Virus record (IMG/VR): IMGVR_UViG_3300033075_000957
Coordinates: 128,001 to 156,166 of that record
DNA from: a virus
Taxonomy: Duplodnaviria > Heunggongvirae > Uroviricota > Caudoviricetes
Length of the DNA stretch: 28,166 nt
Strand: one strand, 5' to 3'
Part shown: piece by piece, positions 1-9,698 of the stretch
Position numbering within the stretch: position 1 is the stretch's first letter
Layout of the letters: each line of letters opens with the position of its first letter
Position numbers and translations under genes: made by a program
Notes under the pieces: generated by a model
Told to the model about the DNA's origin: nothing
Seen by the model: only the letters and a program-made list of their open reading frames with translations
Database searches by the model: none

Positions 1-311
1 GAAATACTATCTGCCGCGAACTCGTCCTTTTGATTGATATAGATACGAGCGTCACCACCGTCGTTATTGACGATAAGTAATTCAGTAATTAATCCGTGAT
101 CTGCATCCGTATTATCAAAAATCGTTTCTGAACCGTTACTCATTTTATAAAAATTGGCATTTATAAGCCGATCAAATATAGTATTAACAGTATCAACTTG
201 CGTTAAATTTGTTTTAACTGTATAAGTAGGATAGCCTGTAGTATAAATACCACCATAATTAACAACTGGTTTTCCCTGATTAAACGGGGCCGATCCAAGA
301 CTTAGTATCAT
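1..311 (-). CDS. Hypothetical virion/head-associated protein, runs off the window edge (MILSLGSAPFNQGKPVVNYGG...)
   Basis: Not in the ORF track. The frame is open from ATG at 311 to the edge. It has a GAGG SD and GTGTATA motif (330-336) upstream and lies directly after the capsid gene. Confidence 0.75.
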   Translation of the reverse strand, partial: MILSLGSAPFNQGKPVVNYGGIYTTGYPTYTVKTNLTQVDTVNTIFDRLINANFYKMSNGSETIFDNTDADHGLITELLIVNNDGGDARIYINQKDEFAADSI

Positions 312-337
312 ATGATTACCTCTATTCTATATACACC

Positions 338-369
338 AAAAAAATAGAGGACACCGAAGTATCCTCTAT
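338..369 (-). terminator. Rho-independent terminator after the major capsid gene
   Basis: Minus strand reads ATAGAGGATAC-TTCG-GTGTCCTCTAT (cUUCGg loop) followed by a U-tract. Confidence 0.85.
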
Positions 370-394
370 AATTTATTTTGATGTCAATCTTGAA

Positions 395-1417
395 TTAGCA
401 GGAGCCCAAGAGCACTCTGCGAGAGTCTAGTACGGCAAAGCCTAATGACATTGTTCCGTACCAGCTTACAAGACCACGCCGACGAACCGTTGGATCTTCG
501 TTGATCGTGAGGTTTTCACGGATAGGCATTACGAAGCTATCAGAACGCTGTAAGTCTAAACCAACCATGATTTCTACGTCAGATGCGGCCATAGTACCGC
601 TAAGAACTGTACCGTAGTAGTTCTGATATTCCTGACCTTCACCCATCTCATCAATGGCGTGCAGTTTAGTATCAAACACGGTGATTAGGTCTTGCGAGCC
701 TTCCGAAGAGTAATAAATGTTCTTACGAACTTCATCGGGCACTTCGGTCAGAGTCCACGCACGAATATCTGTCATGGCTTCTGGAGAGAGCCAAATATCG
801 GTCAGTCTAGACCGCACCTTGCTCCCGCTATTACCACCACCGTTACGCCGCATGACGTTCTGCATGATCGTTACTAAGCGAGGGGTAAACTGGCCAACTG
901 CGGCATTGGGATCGAAGACTAACAGACCGCGATCTTTAGCAGCAGAGATCAGTGTCTGCCAACCATCATCGTTTTTCTTCTGCCGGAAACCAGCTTCAAG
1001 GATTTCCATAGCACGAGCCACTACGTTCCAGCGAGCATCGCGAACGGTTGTTCTACGAAGATCGATGCTGGCACTCATTTCATAATCGGGAACCATTAAA
1101 TAGTCACCGGTAACTCTACGCTCGGGAATACGACCTTCGCCGGGAGAAACATACGCAACGAAGTCACGTTCCTGACCGGGCGTGAGCAAGTCAAGAGGAT
1201 ATTCAATACGCTGATTATCGGTATGGTCTTCAGGAGTATAAATCGCTTCGACTCCGTTATCACCGCTCAGGATAACCTGACGGAGAGGGGCTTCGATAGC
1301 TTCTGCAAACATGGCAGCAGCTTCTGCGGCTTGTTCGCGATCGGCTGAACCGACAAGTTTGAAATTGTCTAGAATCAGCTTCTGGTCGTTATCATTTACT
1401 TCAATCATGTTTGGCAT
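395..1417 (-). CDS. Major capsid protein (HK97-fold)
   Basis: 340 aa, last gene in the order portal-protease-decoration-capsid. It has a GAGG SD, a strong terminator and a capsid-like C-terminus (GFAVLDSRRVLLGS). Confidence 0.85.
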   Translation of the reverse strand: MPNMIEVNDNDQKLILDNFKLVGSADREQAAEAAAMFAEAIEAPLRQVILSGDNGVEAIYTPEDHTDNQRIEYPLDLLTPGQERDFVAYVSPGEGRIPERRVTGDYLMVPDYEMSASIDLRRTTVRDARWNVVARAMEILEAGFRQKKNDDGWQTLISAAKDRGLLVFDPNAAVGQFTPRLVTIMQNVMRRNGGGNSGSKVRSRLTDIWLSPEAMTDIRAWTLTEVPDEVRKNIYYSSEGSQDLITVFDTKLHAIDEMGEGQEYQNYYGTVLSGTMAASDVEIMVGLDLQRSDSFVMPIRENLTINEDPTVRRRGLVSWYGTMSLGFAVLDSRRVLLGSC

Positions 1418-1440
1418 TTTAATTTACCTCTATATTTCTA

Positions 1441-1929
1441 TTAAGCAAGTGTTGCGTTAATGCGAACCTTTGCAAAGCCGTCACTGTCTTTGAGGGTTAG
1501 GGCATGTCCAACTAATGGCCAGCCGGAACCGGAGAAGTTATCAGTATACATCAGACCAGAAGGACCGGCGTAAACTTTAGCGGGAACAACTACGCTAGAA
1601 CCAAGCTGACCTGATCCCCAAGCGTTAGTATTGTACTCACCTATCACGCCGACAAGAACCTTGCCGTTAACTTGCTGTTCTTCGTTGTAGGGATTCTTTT
1701 GCTGGCGGGAAAGATCGATGTTAACAACAGGCTGCAATACGATACCGACAGGCTTGCGACCGGAAGTAGCGATTGCGTTGATATATTCAATCTTGTTGTT
1801 AGTCGAGTCCAGACCGTTACCAACGGGCTGCGTACCAGTTGCAGCGAACGCGATACGTCCGGCATCACCAGTGGTTGTAATAAAATAATCGATTGATTCA
1901 AGGACGGGATTGCGATCTGGCTTTAGCAT
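1441..1929 (-). CDS. Head decoration / capsid cement protein
   Basis: 162 aa, Gly-rich and beta-rich, located between the protease/scaffold and capsid genes; ends KDSDGFAKVRIN. Confidence 0.65.
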   Translation of the reverse strand: MLKPDRNPVLESIDYFITTTGDAGRIAFAATGTQPVGNGLDSTNNKIEYINAIATSGRKPVGIVLQPVVNIDLSRQQKNPYNEEQQVNGKVLVGVIGEYNTNAWGSGQLGSSVVVPAKVYAGPSGLMYTDNFSGSGWPLVGHALTLKDSDGFAKVRINATLA

Positions 1930-1991
1930 TGTTTTTACCTCTATTAGATAACATTTAAGTTATACACTATTTTTTTCAATATCTTAAGATC

Positions 1992-2663
1992 TTATTTGGA
2001 ATTTTTCTGATTTTTTCCAAATTTATTAGCAAACGCCGACTTCAACTGATCACGAACACCAGCCTCGGCAACATTGTCTGCGGCAACGGCGGCTGCCTGT
2101 GCAGTACTGGAAGCAGTATCTTTTTCTTCCTTTACTTCTGCTACTTCGGTAGCAGTAGTATCGACCTTAGATTCTTTAACTGTTTCTTCGGACTTAGATG
2201 CTTGTGCTTGTGAAACTGTCTTAGCCGCACAAATCTTTTGTGCCATAGAAAGTACAATTGCCCATTCAGCATCAGTATAATTCGCGACCTTATCTTTCGC
2301 CTTCGCTTCATCTTTCTCTTCGAGAACATCGGTCATGTCGATGGAGGCGAGTGCGGAATATCGATCATTTGCCATAGCGGTTCTACGCATAGCAGAGATA
2401 GACGCTTCTAGATTGGCAATCAGAGCCTCTTTCTTCCGCATGGATTCGGACATGCATTCATAATCTTTTTGCATCTGATCCATTTTGGTAGAGCATTCTG
2501 TCTTATATGCATTGTATTCAGCACGAACAGAATCTACCATTGCCTGTAAATCTGCACAACGTTTTTCTGCTTCGGTAGCTTTGGCCGCGAGTGCTTCATC
2601 GGCAACAGGCTTAGCTTCAATCTTGTTTTCTTCAACTTTTACAGTTTCTTTATTCTCGGCCAT
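1992..2663 (-). CDS. Nested in-frame scaffold protein (MAENKETVKVEE..., 223 aa)
   Basis: Internal ATG at 2663 with a TAAGGA SD and its own GTGTATT motif at 2695-2701. Confidence 0.65.
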   Translation of the reverse strand: MAENKETVKVEENKIEAKPVADEALAAKATEAEKRCADLQAMVDSVRAEYNAYKTECSTKMDQMQKDYECMSESMRKKEALIANLEASISAMRRTAMANDRYSALASIDMTDVLEEKDEAKAKDKVANYTDAEWAIVLSMAQKICAAKTVSQAQASKSEETVKESKVDTTATEVAEVKEEKDTASSTAQAAAVAADNVAEAGVRDQLKSAFANKFGKNQKNSK

Positions 2664-3539
2664 AGTTAATTCCTTAGTCGGTTGACTATCTGATAATACA
2701 CTATTATTAGAATTTTCTTCGATTTTTGAAAGATTTATTTCTGATATAGTCATAAATTTAGGATCGCTAGCCTCCGACGCAGAGGTGTGCGAAACATAAT
2801 TATTAAATACAATTGATTCAGGATTAGCTGGTTTTGTAACAAATCCAACTCCGGTAAAAGATACATTTTTAAGCCATCTACCAATTCTATATTCTTTACC
2901 CTCGATTGTTACAATGCCTTTCCCTTTAAATGCACGTAAAAATCTTGTTAATTTAGAAGTGTCTTTGTTTCTCTCTAAAAGTTTAATAGGACCGGAACCA
3001 TCGGCCAATTGTAAAGCATAACCAAAACCAAAGAACATGCACTCCATTGATACATATTGTGTACCGTCGTCCACGCATTCTTTAATATCGGCTGTAGCCG
3101 TGGGCCAATAGCGTTCCCACAAACTAATACCGCATACAAGATGCTCTAACTTATCTTCGCTATCAACAATCTCATATTTAGAATTAACAGGATAAGATTC
3201 GCGAATAACGCCTAAAATCTTATTTTCTTTATCACTTTCACTCTTCTGATGATCGCGATTAGCTGGTTTCCATACTGGACTGTTTCTTGCTGCCCAGCAC
3301 TCAGCCGGTGTAAACACATCGTCATTTCTATTCCAAGTAGCGGTAACTAATACGGCGTAAAATAAAGCCATATCAGTTGAAACACCGTCTAAAACAGGAG
3401 GAATAAAAATCTCGGAACCTTCGGCTTGAGATTTATTAGACAGAGCACAGGAGGCTTCTAAATAAATACTTTGAGACAGAGACTCTTGAATAATTTCTGC
3501 GAGTCCTGCTGTTTTTTCATATTCAAAAATCTCAATCAT
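1992..3539 (-). CDS. Prohead protease with C-terminal coiled-coil scaffold
   Basis: Motifs NRNDDVF, NRDH, VSMEC and FTGVGFVTKPANPES are typical of phage maturation proteases. The C-terminal half is an Ala/Glu/Lys-rich coiled coil. It lies next to the portal gene. Confidence 0.8.
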   Translation of the reverse strand: MIEIFEYEKTAGLAEIIQESLSQSIYLEASCALSNKSQAEGSEIFIPPVLDGVSTDMALFYAVLVTATWNRNDDVFTPAECWAARNSPVWKPANRDHQKSESDKENKILGVIRESYPVNSKYEIVDSEDKLEHLVCGISLWERYWPTATADIKECVDDGTQYVSMECMFFGFGYALQLADGSGPIKLLERNKDTSKLTRFLRAFKGKGIVTIEGKEYRIGRWLKNVSFTGVGFVTKPANPESIVFNNYVSHTSASEASDPKFMTISEINLSKIEENSNNSVLSDSQPTKELTMAENKETVKVEENKIEAKPVADEALAAKATEAEKRCADLQAMVDSVRAEYNAYKTECSTKMDQMQKDYECMSESMRKKEALIANLEASISAMRRTAMANDRYSALASIDMTDVLEEKDEAKAKDKVANYTDAEWAIVLSMAQKICAAKTVSQAQASKSEETVKESKVDTTATEVAEVKEEKDTASSTAQAAAVAADNVAEAGVRDQLKSAFANKFGKNQKNSK

Positions 3540-5407
3540 AATTTATTCCAAGATTCGCAATAACATGCAACTAAAATAATTTTTAATTCTTCATTAGTCA
3601 GTTTGCTTATACCCGAATTTTCTGAATATTGTTTAAATAATTCTGCGAAAGACAAAGAAATAGACGGTACGAAAGAGTCGAGGCACGCAGCAATAGTTTC
3701 ATCATCCGCGTCTATTAGTTCGGGATTTACGGTTGGATACAGTAGACATTTAGCATCAAAAATTTCTTTCTTTTGTTCATTAGTTAATTGCCGAGCGTCT
3801 TTAACACCAAAAGATTCCATGAGGGTAGACTGAACTAATTTATCGACGCGATCATAGATTTTACTAGCCTGAACTATATTTACAGTATTCGCCCTAACCA
3901 CTCTAGGAGTCTTATCACGAGAACCAACGGGCCTACCTCCTGATTTACCACTCTGCTTTTCTTTCGCCATATTTTCGGATTGTATTTTTTTGATCTCATG
4001 CTTTTGTTGCATTAGCAACAGTGGATTATGGAACGGGCTTGCCTTTTGCGGCATTTCCTCCTTAGTACGAAGTGCCTCGTCCTCATCAATGCGAGCACGC
4101 TCTACAGAAGAATCTTCTTTAAGCAGTTCACGCATACGATCGTCCGATAATATATTACGATCTACTAAATCACGAATAATATTCCAATAAATCTTTTCAT
4201 CAAAAAGATTACTATTATTAAAGGTTACAGTTGGATTATTTCTAAAACCTGTCGCTTTACGGATGATAGTAAATTCGGAATCTAACCATTTCGCAATAGC
4301 AATTCTACAATTGATTATGCGAGAAATAAAATCTTTTAAGCCAATCGGTTTGCCGTTTTCTGCACTTCCATCTTTGTAAAGCTGAATACCTAAACCAAAT
4401 AATATTGGTTCAATACGTTCTTCAAATGCAGCAATTTTATCAATCGGAGGAAAGAATTCTTGATAATCAATCGCACTATCCCAAATGATTTCTCTCTTTC
4501 CTCCGTTTGTATTAGCCTGTGTGATACCCGCTAATTTTTGACCTAATACCGGAGAGGGCATTAGTTGATTTTTATGATCGCCAAGCCGCCAAAGTGCAGT
4601 CGGGCACGAGGCTCCGTCTAACATTGTTATCTTTGCAGTCTTAACCTTTTGATTATATAATAAATCATCAAATATTGAATAAAGCGTAGGTACGGCCCAA
4701 ATTGAAGTGTCATCTTTTTTACAGTATGCTACATAAACATCATTTTCAGGAAGTGGAATAAAAGTTGGATTTCCGTTACCAGTCTTATTTTCAATAGCGT
4801 CCCTAACTTCTTTAGGGTAGGTGGAATAGACCTGTTTTTCAATTTCAGTCGTTGGTGTCCGTTTGTGACCGTTGCTGGTGGACGGTATCTTAATTCCATA
4901 GCGTAATTTTTCAGCCATGGTACCATAAAAATCACCAATAAGCTCTATATTTCCGGGATTGTAGAAGAAATATCGAATAGGAATCTTGTTACCTCGAAAT
5001 TTACCATATTTACGCTGTAAAACAACGTTATTAGATTTTAAATACCACCGTGCAAATTGCTCAACTCGGTCAAAAATATCAGCACGCTTTGACCAAGAAT
5101 CGTAAAAGATCTGTGTACTATCTTCTGTAGCGTGGATAGATAAACCATCAATGGCTAAATCTACCTGTAAATCAACAATTGATCTAACTACACCATTACG
5201 CTTATAGAAAGCGTCGGCCATAAGCATGATTTTTTGCTGGTCTTGCTGGGTACGACAGTCCGGAATAATTTCAGCAGGACGAAAAGCCTCATAGGATTCA
5301 CGACCACCCTGCGAACGAACATACGTATTAGAGGTGCTGTCGTAAAAATTTGCAGCAGCCGCATTCTGATATGTCTCTTGGGGTTTTGAAATATCCTTTT
5401 TCATCAT
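3536..5407 (-). CDS. Portal protein
   Basis: 623 aa, between TerL and the protease. Portal-like segments include FYKRNGVVRSIVDL, KKDDTSIWAVPTLYSIFDDL and LVDRNILS. Confidence 0.85.
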   Translation of the reverse strand: MMKKDISKPQETYQNAAAANFYDSTSNTYVRSQGGRESYEAFRPAEIIPDCRTQQDQQKIMLMADAFYKRNGVVRSIVDLQVDLAIDGLSIHATEDSTQIFYDSWSKRADIFDRVEQFARWYLKSNNVVLQRKYGKFRGNKIPIRYFFYNPGNIELIGDFYGTMAEKLRYGIKIPSTSNGHKRTPTTEIEKQVYSTYPKEVRDAIENKTGNGNPTFIPLPENDVYVAYCKKDDTSIWAVPTLYSIFDDLLYNQKVKTAKITMLDGASCPTALWRLGDHKNQLMPSPVLGQKLAGITQANTNGGKREIIWDSAIDYQEFFPPIDKIAAFEERIEPILFGLGIQLYKDGSAENGKPIGLKDFISRIINCRIAIAKWLDSEFTIIRKATGFRNNPTVTFNNSNLFDEKIYWNIIRDLVDRNILSDDRMRELLKEDSSVERARIDEDEALRTKEEMPQKASPFHNPLLLMQQKHEIKKIQSENMAKEKQSGKSGGRPVGSRDKTPRVVRANTVNIVQASKIYDRVDKLVQSTLMESFGVKDARQLTNEQKKEIFDAKCLLYPTVNPELIDADDETIAACLDSFVPSISLSFAELFKQYSENSGISKLTNEELKIILVACYCESWNKL

Positions 5408-5442
5408 CTAATCACTATACCTTTACAATATAATCACAATAC

Positions 5443-7590
5443 TTATACACTTTTTTCTCTAAAATTTACATCGTAAAAAGAATTACCGCCGGTGTAAAAC
5501 TTACCATTTTGCATTCTTTTAATTCCTACTCCGTAATAGGCGGGCTCGTTTGGATCAACAACCTGACCGATCTTATAACCCGCTACGGTCGGTTTTTCTT
5601 TTTGATGCAACGCTTCTATTTCGGCATCAAAACCTAAAATTCTAGCACCGTAATTAGCAAGAAGAACCGAGCTAAATCGGTCTTTTTTCATAACCATACC
5701 CTCTCCACTAGTTTTAGGGCCTTTAATATTTGGAACGTCCCATCTTTCAATTCCGGTTGATGTTTTATCAAGTTTAATCATAATCATTTCTTTTTTACAC
5801 TGTTCTATTTCAAAAATACAATCATTGATATCATCATAGACTTTACCTAAAACTTCATTTATTAAAGTTTGCAGTCCTATTTCTTTAATATCATAAGATG
5901 GAAACATTAAAGTTTTATCTGATAAATCTTTTTTTAATCCATAATGTGCTTCTCGACGTAATTCTGTCTTTTGAAAATTAATCATTTTTAATATTCTATT
6001 ACCATCCATAAGCTCGGTATTTTCATCTTCCATGTCAAGAATCGCCTGATCTCGTCCATCAATAAATTTATCAGGGTCTTTTAGACATTCTCTAAGAGCT
6101 ACTCCACCGCCGCCAGCATCCATGATGACCATTTTTACATTAAATCGACGCATTAATCCGCGTATATGACGAGTACAGAAAGTATTGTAATCTACAATTT
6201 TAGGATCGATTAATTGCTTATCTTTATCCTTAATCAATTCTTCAAACTGTTTTCTATTTGTAGTCCATTGGTATAGTAGCCCACGCCATGTGCCAAACAT
6301 GCCAACTATACTAATCGCAAAATTATCTGACTCAGACGCCGGATCTATACCCATTACACATGGTATATTTTCAGCCTGTAAAGCCGGATAAAATGTATGT
6401 TTTTTACCATCTGGAAATTCTATTGGACACGTAGCTCGTGTCAGTAAGCTCATTGGGAAGAATCCTGCCGAATCCTTGGTGAAACAGGCCGCATATTCCA
6501 TTAAGAAAATACTGCGATCCATGGTCGCTCTGGACTGAGCAATGATATCATCATCCATAAGACCGGGAGGAAGGTGAGTGCATGGAATACGTATTATGCA
6601 ATATTGTGAAGAATCAATATCGTCTTTAATATCAAAGTCTGGAAACAATTCTTTCAATCGATCTTTTTTGCCACCTGTTAAAATAATTGCACGATAGTAT
6701 TTATATTTCTTATAGAAATGATTAAATTCAAACGATGGCGTTCCAGATAAAATAATCTGGTTACCAGCAAGAGCGTTTTTCACTCGACTTTCTTTACGTT
6801 CAATTCCTCCTGCCGACTTCATTAATCGACTACGATAGGCACGGTGAACGTTGGAGTATGTTCCTTCTGATTTAACAGCCGCGAAACCCTTAACAACGGT
6901 TTCAAATACCTCATCTGAGATAGATGAAAATTCGTCGGCAATAATAACGCTAGCACGCTGACCACGGATAGTTTCGCCATCGCCGAGAGGCAAGAAAGTC
7001 GCTTTGCTTTGACCGACATTCCAATAATGCATATTAACATCACGTACAGGACGATTATCTTTTCCTCCGCAAATATCTTGTAGTACTGGAGCATTATTAA
7101 ATATGTTAACGATATAATTAAAAATAACAAGAGACTGACGTAAAGCCGCACCGACAACACACACTCGACATCCCTGATGCATGAGTAATCGGAGAATAAT
7201 ATATACGGCTATCAAAAAACTTTTAGCAGCACCACGACTACCAATAAAAATAACCTGCGATTTACTCCACATCATTCGTAAAATGGCTAATTGATATGGA
7301 AATAGATCAAGATTCAGAACATATTTTGTTAAGAAGTGAAGATAATCAGGGTCCATCACCAGTTCAACAATGTGCTCTGGAATCTTTTCTGAATCAGTCC
7401 AATCGGCATCCTCGAAAATATCTTCGGTATAAATATTACGAGTATCGCCGAGTTCAAGTGGGATATATTTGATCAACCGGTCAATGTTTTGCTGATTATT
7501 TAAAGCGTGTTCGAGTTGACTATCATACGCTTTAGTGCCGAAAGACGGAATTTTCTTGCAACTAAATTTAGTTTTCTTAGTAACTAGCAT
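5443..7590 (-). CDS. terL: Terminase large subunit
   Basis: Has adenine-binding LFPYQ, Walker A GSRGAAKS, Walker B VIIADEF, coupling motif LSGTP and RNase H-like nuclease motifs MGIDPA ... KDRFSS. Confidence 0.93.
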   Translation of the reverse strand: MLVTKKTKFSCKKIPSFGTKAYDSQLEHALNNQQNIDRLIKYIPLELGDTRNIYTEDIFEDADWTDSEKIPEHIVELVMDPDYLHFLTKYVLNLDLFPYQLAILRMMWSKSQVIFIGSRGAAKSFLIAVYIILRLLMHQGCRVCVVGAALRQSLVIFNYIVNIFNNAPVLQDICGGKDNRPVRDVNMHYWNVGQSKATFLPLGDGETIRGQRASVIIADEFSSISDEVFETVVKGFAAVKSEGTYSNVHRAYRSRLMKSAGGIERKESRVKNALAGNQIILSGTPSFEFNHFYKKYKYYRAIILTGGKKDRLKELFPDFDIKDDIDSSQYCIIRIPCTHLPPGLMDDDIIAQSRATMDRSIFLMEYAACFTKDSAGFFPMSLLTRATCPIEFPDGKKHTFYPALQAENIPCVMGIDPASESDNFAISIVGMFGTWRGLLYQWTTNRKQFEELIKDKDKQLIDPKIVDYNTFCTRHIRGLMRRFNVKMVIMDAGGGGVALRECLKDPDKFIDGRDQAILDMEDENTELMDGNRILKMINFQKTELRREAHYGLKKDLSDKTLMFPSYDIKEIGLQTLINEVLGKVYDDINDCIFEIEQCKKEMIMIKLDKTSTGIERWDVPNIKGPKTSGEGMVMKKDRFSSVLLANYGARILGFDAEIEALHQKEKPTVAGYKIGQVVDPNEPAYYGVGIKRMQNGKFYTGGNSFYDVNFREKSV

Positions 7591-8069
7591 TAGATATTCT
7601 TTCTCATAACTTCAACAAAAGATTGAAATACAAAACGTTCTGCCGATCTCTTATTATCAAAAAAGAGAATCGGTACACGATAATCAAGATGAATAGTTGA
7701 TAATCTTTTTAATATTAAATTTGGATGAACTTTTGTGAGCCCTTGTTCATACAGCCATGGATAGCTATAATTCTCACATACAATAATAAAAGGATATTGG
7801 TATTTAGCCAATCCCTCTAATTCGCGTTTAAATCTATCCCAATCAGCAACTAAATTTCTGCAAAGTTCTCGACAGTCTTTTTTTCTTTCAATAACAATAC
7901 TGTGCTCATCTGTAGGAAGATCGTATCCTGCTAAAGAATAATCTCCGTATTCAAGAGTATCAATACCTATTTCGAAATTTTGATACTGCTCAGAGGCCCA
8001 CTCAAAAGGGGACTGTTCCCTCGTGTCCTGTATTATCCTGAGTTTTTCGTAACTTATATGCTTTTTCAT
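7590..8069 (-). CDS. ERCC4/XPF-domain nuclease
   Basis: Motifs IIQDTREQ, GDYSL and IERKK. Confidence 0.88.
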   Translation of the reverse strand: MKKHISYEKLRIIQDTREQSPFEWASEQYQNFEIGIDTLEYGDYSLAGYDLPTDEHSIVIERKKDCRELCRNLVADWDRFKRELEGLAKYQYPFIIVCENYSYPWLYEQGLTKVHPNLILKRLSTIHLDYRVPILFFDNKRSAERFVFQSFVEVMRKNI

Positions 8070-8382
8070 TTTTTAAAACCACATCGTACAACATAATAGC
8101 GTATCGAGATTCTCTGCCGGTTACCTGTTCATGATGTTTTTCGCATAAGCAAATCCCATTGCAGGTATCGAAACGTAAATGTTTCGCTTTTCTATCAGCC
8201 CATTTTCTAATATGATGAACCTCGATCTCATCGCTTAAATCTTTACATCCGGGAAATTGACATTTTTTCTGATCGCGTTCGTGAATATAATCTTTCCATT
8301 CCTTGTACCGTTTACTATTAATATCTCTATCTCGGAGATTTTTAAGTTTTTGATTATCGTTAATAACTCGTAAGGGCTTCAT
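8002..8382 (-). CDS. HNH endonuclease (packaging-associated type)
   Basis: RDQKKCQFPGC...EVHHI...NGICLCEKHH. Confidence 0.9.
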   Translation of the reverse strand: MKPLRVINDNQKLKNLRDRDINSKRYKEWKDYIHERDQKKCQFPGCKDLSDEIEVHHIRKWADRKAKHLRFDTCNGICLCEKHHEQVTGRESRYAIMLYDVVLKNEKAYKLRKTQDNTGHEGTVPF

Positions 8383-9370
8383 GCTTATATCTCCGTATGT
8401 CGTTTGACACCATTCTTTTAATCATATCGGAAAACGATACGCTCGGCTTCCACCCAAGTATACGCTCGGCTTTTTCATAAGACAGGCACGATACAGAAGG
8501 GTCAAGTGGGCGATAGAACTTTTTATTTACGGCAACGAGTATGTTACCGTTTTTGTCGGTGGCTTCCTCGGACATCCCTTCTCCATGCCAGTGTAATTCG
8601 ATTCCGGCAGAAGCAAAAGCATGTGTGCAGAATTCGCGAACAGAATATGTTTTGCCTGTACAAAAAATATAATCATCCGGGACATCCTGTTGCAGCATAA
8701 GATAACTACCCATAGCCATATCTTCTGCATATGCCCAGTCGCGTGTAGCGTTCAGATTGCCTAAAATTAGTGGCTTAGTAACTTTACCATTTACTCTACG
8801 CCCTATATAGTCTGTAATTTTACGACTTACGAACTGCGATCCTCTCCGCTCACTTTCATGATTAGATAAAATACCTACGCTAGCGTGTATTTTATATGAT
8901 TCTCTGTAAATTTTTACAAGATTATGAGCTAATATTTTGGCAGCAGCATATGGTGATTTCGGATTAAATCCTTCCTCTCCTCCAAATTCTTCGACACTAC
9001 CGGCCTGATAAAAACGAGTAGAAGATGAATATTGTTTAATCGCTTCTAAGATGCGAAGAGTCCCAAGACCTGTAATATCAATGGTATGTTCGGGCTGTTC
9101 GAAGGATGTAGCGACAGAAGATAATCCGGCAAGATTATAAAATTCTGTTGGGCGAATTCGACTAATTTGCTTATAAATACTTGCGTCATCAGACAGGTCG
9201 CCGTGAACAATTTCTACTTGATCCAATCCCATTTCTTCGATGAAATCCATAGAAGCGTGTGAAGTGTCCCGAACCATACCATATACTTTATATCCTTTGG
9301 ATAAAAGTATTCTCGCAAGATATGGCGAGGTTTGGCCAGTAAAACCTGTAACTATAGCAGACTTACTCAT
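8360..9370 (-). CDS. gmd: GDP-mannose 4,6-dehydratase
   Basis: Rossmann motif VTGFTGQ, YNLAG.S.V..SF..P, SPYAAAK, NHESERRG..FVSRKI, LGNLNATRDW, MLQQDVPDDY. Confidence 0.9.
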   Translation of the reverse strand: MSKSAIVTGFTGQTSPYLARILLSKGYKVYGMVRDTSHASMDFIEEMGLDQVEIVHGDLSDDASIYKQISRIRPTEFYNLAGLSSVATSFEQPEHTIDITGLGTLRILEAIKQYSSSTRFYQAGSVEEFGGEEGFNPKSPYAAAKILAHNLVKIYRESYKIHASVGILSNHESERRGSQFVSRKITDYIGRRVNGKVTKPLILGNLNATRDWAYAEDMAMGSYLMLQQDVPDDYIFCTGKTYSVREFCTHAFASAGIELHWHGEGMSEEATDKNGNILVAVNKKFYRPLDPSVSCLSYEKAERILGWKPSVSFSDMIKRMVSNDIRRYKHEALTSY

Positions 9371-9698
9371 CGAATTTACGCTTCTTCTTCTTATTCTGAA
9401 AATCTACAAACTGATCTTTTGTGTTTCCGCCCTGTCCATACCGACGATGAAATTCTTCGTGACACGCTTTGCATAAAGTAATACCGTTTGAAATCTCTGT
9501 GCGTAATTCCGGATTAGATAAATACGCTGCTAGATGATGAGCATTTAATATAGCACGCTTTCCAGCCCAGCATATTTGACACCGATAACCATCGCGGCGA
9601 AGTACGGCTTCTCGCCAGATTTTATAGCCAACCTGTTTACGCTCCTTCACTCGTCTCTTCATCGCTATTTTCAGTCTTATCTGCGTTAATTTGTCCAC
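9363..9698 (-). CDS. HNH endonuclease
   Basis: WREAVLRRDGYRCQIC...NAHH...NGITLCKACHEEFH. Confidence 0.92.
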   Translation of the reverse strand: MDKLTQIRLKIAMKRRVKERKQVGYKIWREAVLRRDGYRCQICWAGKRAILNAHHLAAYLSNPELRTEISNGITLCKACHEEFHRRYGQGGNTKDQFVDFQNKKKKRKFDE

